A DNA stretch of 64,000 nucleotides, from assembly GCF_006345805.1 (NCBI RefSeq), contig NC_043006.1, positions 79,732,001 through 79,796,000 of the forward strand. The letters run 5' to 3'. Positions 59,895 to 64,000 of this stretch are shown here, piece after piece. The position numbers and the translations under genes were made by a program. A model generated the notes under the pieces. The model saw nothing but the letters and a program-made list of their open reading frames with translations, did not search any database and was not told the DNA's origin. This DNA is from Octopus sinensis (taxonomy: Eukaryota). The first letter of the stretch is position 1; each line of letters starts with the position of its first letter.

Positions 59895-61360
59895 AAGCTT
59901 CCTGGGAAGGACACTCTGACTTCCTGGAAATGTGGTCGAAAACTCCCTGGGAGGTTCCGAGGATTTTCTAACTCCAGAGAAATTTCGTCGATAACTTCTG
60001 GGAAAGTCCGAGGATTTTCTAACTTCCGGGAAAATTCATCGAAAACTGCATAGGAAAGTCCGAGGATTTTCTAACTTCCGGGATATTGCATCGAAAACTA
60101 CATGGGAAGTTCCGAGGACATCCTAACTTCAGGGAAATTTAGTGAAAAGTTCATGGAAAGTTCCGAGGATTTTTCTAACTTCCGGGTAACTTCGTTGAAA
60201 ACTTCATGGAAAGTTCCGAGTTTATTCTAACTTCCGGGAAATTTCGTTGTAAACTCCATGGGAAGTTCCGAGGATTTCCGAACTCCCGGGATATTTCGTC
60301 GAAAACGGCATGGGAAGTCCCGAGGGTTTTCTAACTTACTGGAAATTTCATAGAAAACTGCATGGGAACTTCCAAGGATATTCTAACTTTGTTGAAAACT
60401 CCATGGTAAATTTCGGAGGATGTTCTAACTTCCGGGAAATTTCGTCGAAAACTGCATGGGAAGTTCCGAGGATGTGATAAATTCCGGATATTTCGTTATA
60501 AACTATATGGGGGAGTTCTGAGGATATTCTAACTTCCTGGAAAGTTCGTCGAAAACTGCATGGGAAGTTCCGAGGATTTTCGAAATTCCGGGAAATTTGG
60601 TCGTAAAGTTCCGAGGAATTGAAAGAAATTTCGTCGAAAACTGCATGGGAAGTTCCGAAGTAATTCTAACTTACGGAAAATTGCATGGAAAGTTCCGCGC
60701 ATTTTCTAACTTCCGGGAAATTTGGTCGAAATGTTCCGGAAAGTTCAGATGATTTTCTAACCTATGGGAAATTTCATCGAAAACTGCATGGGAAGTTCCG
60801 AGGATTTCTAACTTCCTGGAAATTTGGTCGAAAACTGCAAAGGAAGTTCCGAGGACATTCTAACTTCCGGGAAATTTCGTTGAAAACTCCATTCCAAATT
60901 CCGAGGATTTTCTAACTTCCGGGAAATTTGGTCGAACACTGCATGTGAAGTTCCGAGGATTATTATAACTTCCTGGAAATTTCGTTGTAAACTCCATGGA
61001 GGATTTTCTAGATGTCGGGAAATTTCGTCGAAAACTGCATGGGAAGTTCCGAGGATTTTCTGACTTCCGGCAAATTTCGCTGAAAACCGCATGGGAATTT
61101 CCGAGGAATTTCTAACTTCCGGGAAAATTGGTCAAAACTTTCGGGAAATTTCGTTGTAAACACCACGGGAAATTTGATCGGAAACTGCATGGGAAGTTCC
61201 GAGGATTTTGTAACTTCTGGGAAATTACGTCGAAAACTGCCTGGGAAGTTCCGAGGATTTCTAACTTCAGGAAAATTTCGTCGATAACTGTATGGGATGG
61301 TCCAAGGATATTCTAACTTCCGGGAAATTTCGTCGAAATGTTTCTGGGAAGTTCCGAGGT
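59895..61360. repeat. ~52-bp minisatellite, ~28 copies
   Basis: Consensus TTCTAACTTCCGGGAAATTTCGTCGAAAACTGCATGGGAAGTTCCGAGGATT. Confidence 0.93.
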
Positions 61361-61605
61361 AATAATTATTTTGAAGAAAACAAAATATGGATGGTAAATC
61401 AAATTAATACAGTTCTTAATGTTATCTATTGGTTGTCGTTTGAGATGTGACATCGATCATCGCGTGTTACTGAAAGAACGCTAGTTCGCACATACAAACG
61501 TTCACATACTTCCCTTGTACACGTACATACGCACATATACTCACACAGAGTTGAAACGCTGTTTGATTTTCTTTTCAGCGTTGAATGCTCGCCATCTCCC
61601 TTACA

Positions 61606-61636
<31 letters not shown>

Positions 61637-61838
61637 TATTCACACACCTTCCTGTTACATACACACACATATACTCACTCAAAGTTGAAACGCTCCCACT
61701 AACAGTTTGCCATCACCCCTTCCTTCCTTATTCATCTTTCACCCCCTTCCTTTCTCATCCATATGTTGTGACGGAGAAAAATACAAGAGTATTATTATAG
61801 TAGATAAACAAATAACTAAGTGAAAGATTATATATATA

Positions 61839-61881
<43 letters not shown>

Positions 61882-61897
61882 CACATATATATGTATA

Positions 61898-62144
61898 AAA
61901 ATTGCTTCACCACATATACCGAAATTTAGAAATAGCCTTTAAATTCTATTCTACTACCATAAGATATCTCCCTTTACATATCTTTAATCCAGAAACGCGT
62001 ATATAGTTAATCAAAGCCGAGTGGATTCGTTATTTTTTCTCTTTGCCTGTGTGTTGAGAGTATTGCTGTGTGGGAGATATCTTATGGTAGTAGAATAGTA
62101 TTTAACTGCTATTTCTAATTTTCGGTATGTTGTGAAGCAATTTT
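61898..62144. repeat. ~75-bp inverted repeat (probable Penelope-like remnant)
   Basis: aaaattgcttcac...taccataagatatctccc / gggagatatcttatggta...gtgaagcaatttt; the spacer contains GAAACGCGTA. Confidence 0.7.
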
Positions 62145-62766
62145 GCTAAGCCCTAATTATAATTATTTCTAATTATAATAATTTTTGTATAAGTTTATCA
62201 ATAATGGTTCTTTTAGCATACCCTACTTGGTAAGGTTATTAATTAATTTTACCATTTATTATTATTGATCATATATGTATATATGTAGGGGTGTGTGTGT
62301 GTGTGTATGTGTGTGTGTGTGTGTAATGATATTGTCAAGAAATACAATTAAACTGTCAATTTATATCTTACTTTTGACATTTCTAACAGCAACTCCCCAC
62401 TTGCTGGACAATTCATTACCTCTCTCCAGGTCATCCGGATGTTCTTTTATAATTATACGCATCAACTCTGTGAATGGTATTTATTTGTTCAAAAGCGTTA
62501 TGACTAAATGACTGTGGGTCAATCATTATACAAATCGATATGGCAGTATCATTGCTCTCTGCCATGTTTTCATTCATATTATATGATTTGTCAGCCATAC
62601 GTTATTGATGAATAAATGTAATTCCAACAGCTATAGACGCAGGCGTGACTGTGTGGTAAGAAGCTTGGTTTCCAACCACATGTTTCCGGGTTCAGTCCCA
62701 CTATGAGGTCTTGCAGTGGATTTGGTAGACGGAAACTGAAAGAAATCTGTCGTATATATATATACT

Positions 62767-62812
<46 letters not shown>

Positions 62813-62928
62813 ATATATATTATAAATCATAAAAAAACCCCACCTTCTATCAATTCAATTGTGAAAAATTAAATTATACCATCTGTAAGTTTGCAATAAT
62901 ATCCCTCATATTATTATTATGTATATAT

Positions 62929-62974
<46 letters not shown>

Positions 62975-63195
62975 TATATATATGTAATATATTCTTTTAC
63001 TTGCCTCAGTCATTTGACTGCGGCCGTGCTGGAGCATCGTCTTTAGTCGAACAAGTCGATTCCAGGACTGATTCTTTGTAAGCCTAGTACTTATTCTATC
63101 GGTCTCTTTTGCCGAACCGCTAAGTTACGAGGACGTAAACACATCAGCATCGGTTGTCAAGTGATGGTGGGGAACAAACACCGACTCACAAACGT

Positions 63196-63227
<32 letters not shown>

Positions 63228-63390
63228 CACACACACACACATACACACACACACACACATATGACGGGCTTCTTTCAGTTTCCGTCTACCAGATCCACTC
63301 ACAAGGCTTTGGTCGGCCTGAGGTTATAGTAGAAGACACTTGCCCATGATGCCAAGCAGTGGGACTGAACCTCGAACCATGTAGTTGGTA

Positions 63391-63777
63391 TGGAGGCGCA
63401 ATGGCCCAGTGGTTAGGGCAGCAGACTTGCGGTCGTAGGATCGCGGTTTCGATTCCCAGACCGGGCGTTGTGAGTGTTTATTGAGCGAAAACACCTAAAG
63501 CTCCACAAGGCTCCGGCAGGGATGGTGGTGATCCCTGCTGTACTCTTTCACCACAACTTTCTCTCACTCTTACTTCCTGTTTCTGTTGTACCTGTATTTC
63601 AAAGGGCCGGCCTTGTCACTCTCTGTGTCACGCTGAATATCCCCGAGAACTACGTTAAGGGTACACGTGTCTGTGGAGTGCTCAGCCACTTACACGTTAA
63701 TTTCACGAGCAGGCTGTTCCGTTGATCGGATCAACCGGAACCCTCGTCGTCGTAACCAACGGAGTGCTTCCATCCAA
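63391..63777 (+). mobile_element. tRNA-derived SINE inserted into an oppositely oriented SINE
   Basis: A box TGGCCCAGTGG, B box GTTTCGATTCC. The host SINE resumes at ~63778. A related head lies at 58185-58308 (-). Confidence 0.75.
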
Positions 63778-63828
63778 GGAAGCTACTTACCGCACAGCCA
63801 CTCCTGCTCTACATATATGCGTGCGTGC

Positions 63829-63866
<38 letters not shown>

Positions 63867-64000
63867 TGTGTGTGTGTGTGCGTGCGTGTGTGTGTGTGTG
63901 TGTGGTGTTTGTGTTTGTCTCTTTTTTTCCGTCACCACCGCTTGACAACCGGTGTTGGTGTGTTTACAACCACGTACAGCGGTTCGGCAAAAGAGACCGA

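Larger units (their letters stand above)
58803..61804 (-). mobile_element. Non-autonomous Helitron carrying two tandem-repeat arrays
   Basis: Minus strand A|TCTACTATAATAAT start and CTAG|T end; CCGTCA-N4-TGACGG hairpin at 58818-58833. Confidence 0.72.

Noticed and set aside
58962-61360. CRISPR-like array (34-bp and 52-bp periodic repeats)
   Set aside because: Units are head to tail with no unique spacers, no cas genes are present, and the context is a eukaryotic intron. These are minisatellites.
62372-62467. Possible upstream ANKAR exon on - (LMRIIIKEHPDDLERGNELSSKWGVAVRNVK; cacag/gtaaga)
   Set aside because: It is open only as phase 1/1, whereas exon 58621 needs a phase 2 donor. I found no bridging exon and recognise no motif. 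Left out pending RNA-seq.
63391-63465. tRNA gene (also 42795 and 24875)
   Set aside because: A and B boxes are present, but there is no complete cloverleaf and each continues into a repeated SINE body.

Overview
AT-rich, intron-rich animal DNA. The SINE families and microsatellite load suggest an octopus or other coleoid cephalopod; this is inference. Two spliced genes lie tail to tail, and both are missing their 5' part in this window. (1) A DDX3/PL10/belle DEAD-box RNA helicase on +: 7 exons from 1147 to 13074, ending RDYR...DWWGN*, followed by a ~4.1 kb 3' region with no recognisable transposons and many hairpins. (2) An ankyrin plus armadillo repeat gene (ANKAR-like) on -: 15 exons from 58621 to 23029, ~990 aa in the window, all GT-AG with consistent phases. 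The rest is mostly mobile DNA: a young CR1-clade LINE between the two 3' ends, mariner and maT fossils, piggyBac-, hAT- and Merlin-like MITEs, a solo LTR, Helitrons, L1/Tx1 and RTE fragments, and many tRNA-derived SINEs. The most notable signals are a minimal hammerhead ribozyme with an intact core (55438-55526) and a hammerhead-bearing palindrome (25484-25695), a 3 kb Helitron carrying two different satellite arrays (58803-61804), the structured DDX3 3' UTR, and several long intronic inverted repeats that could form dsRNA. All calls come from manual reading; no database searches were run.
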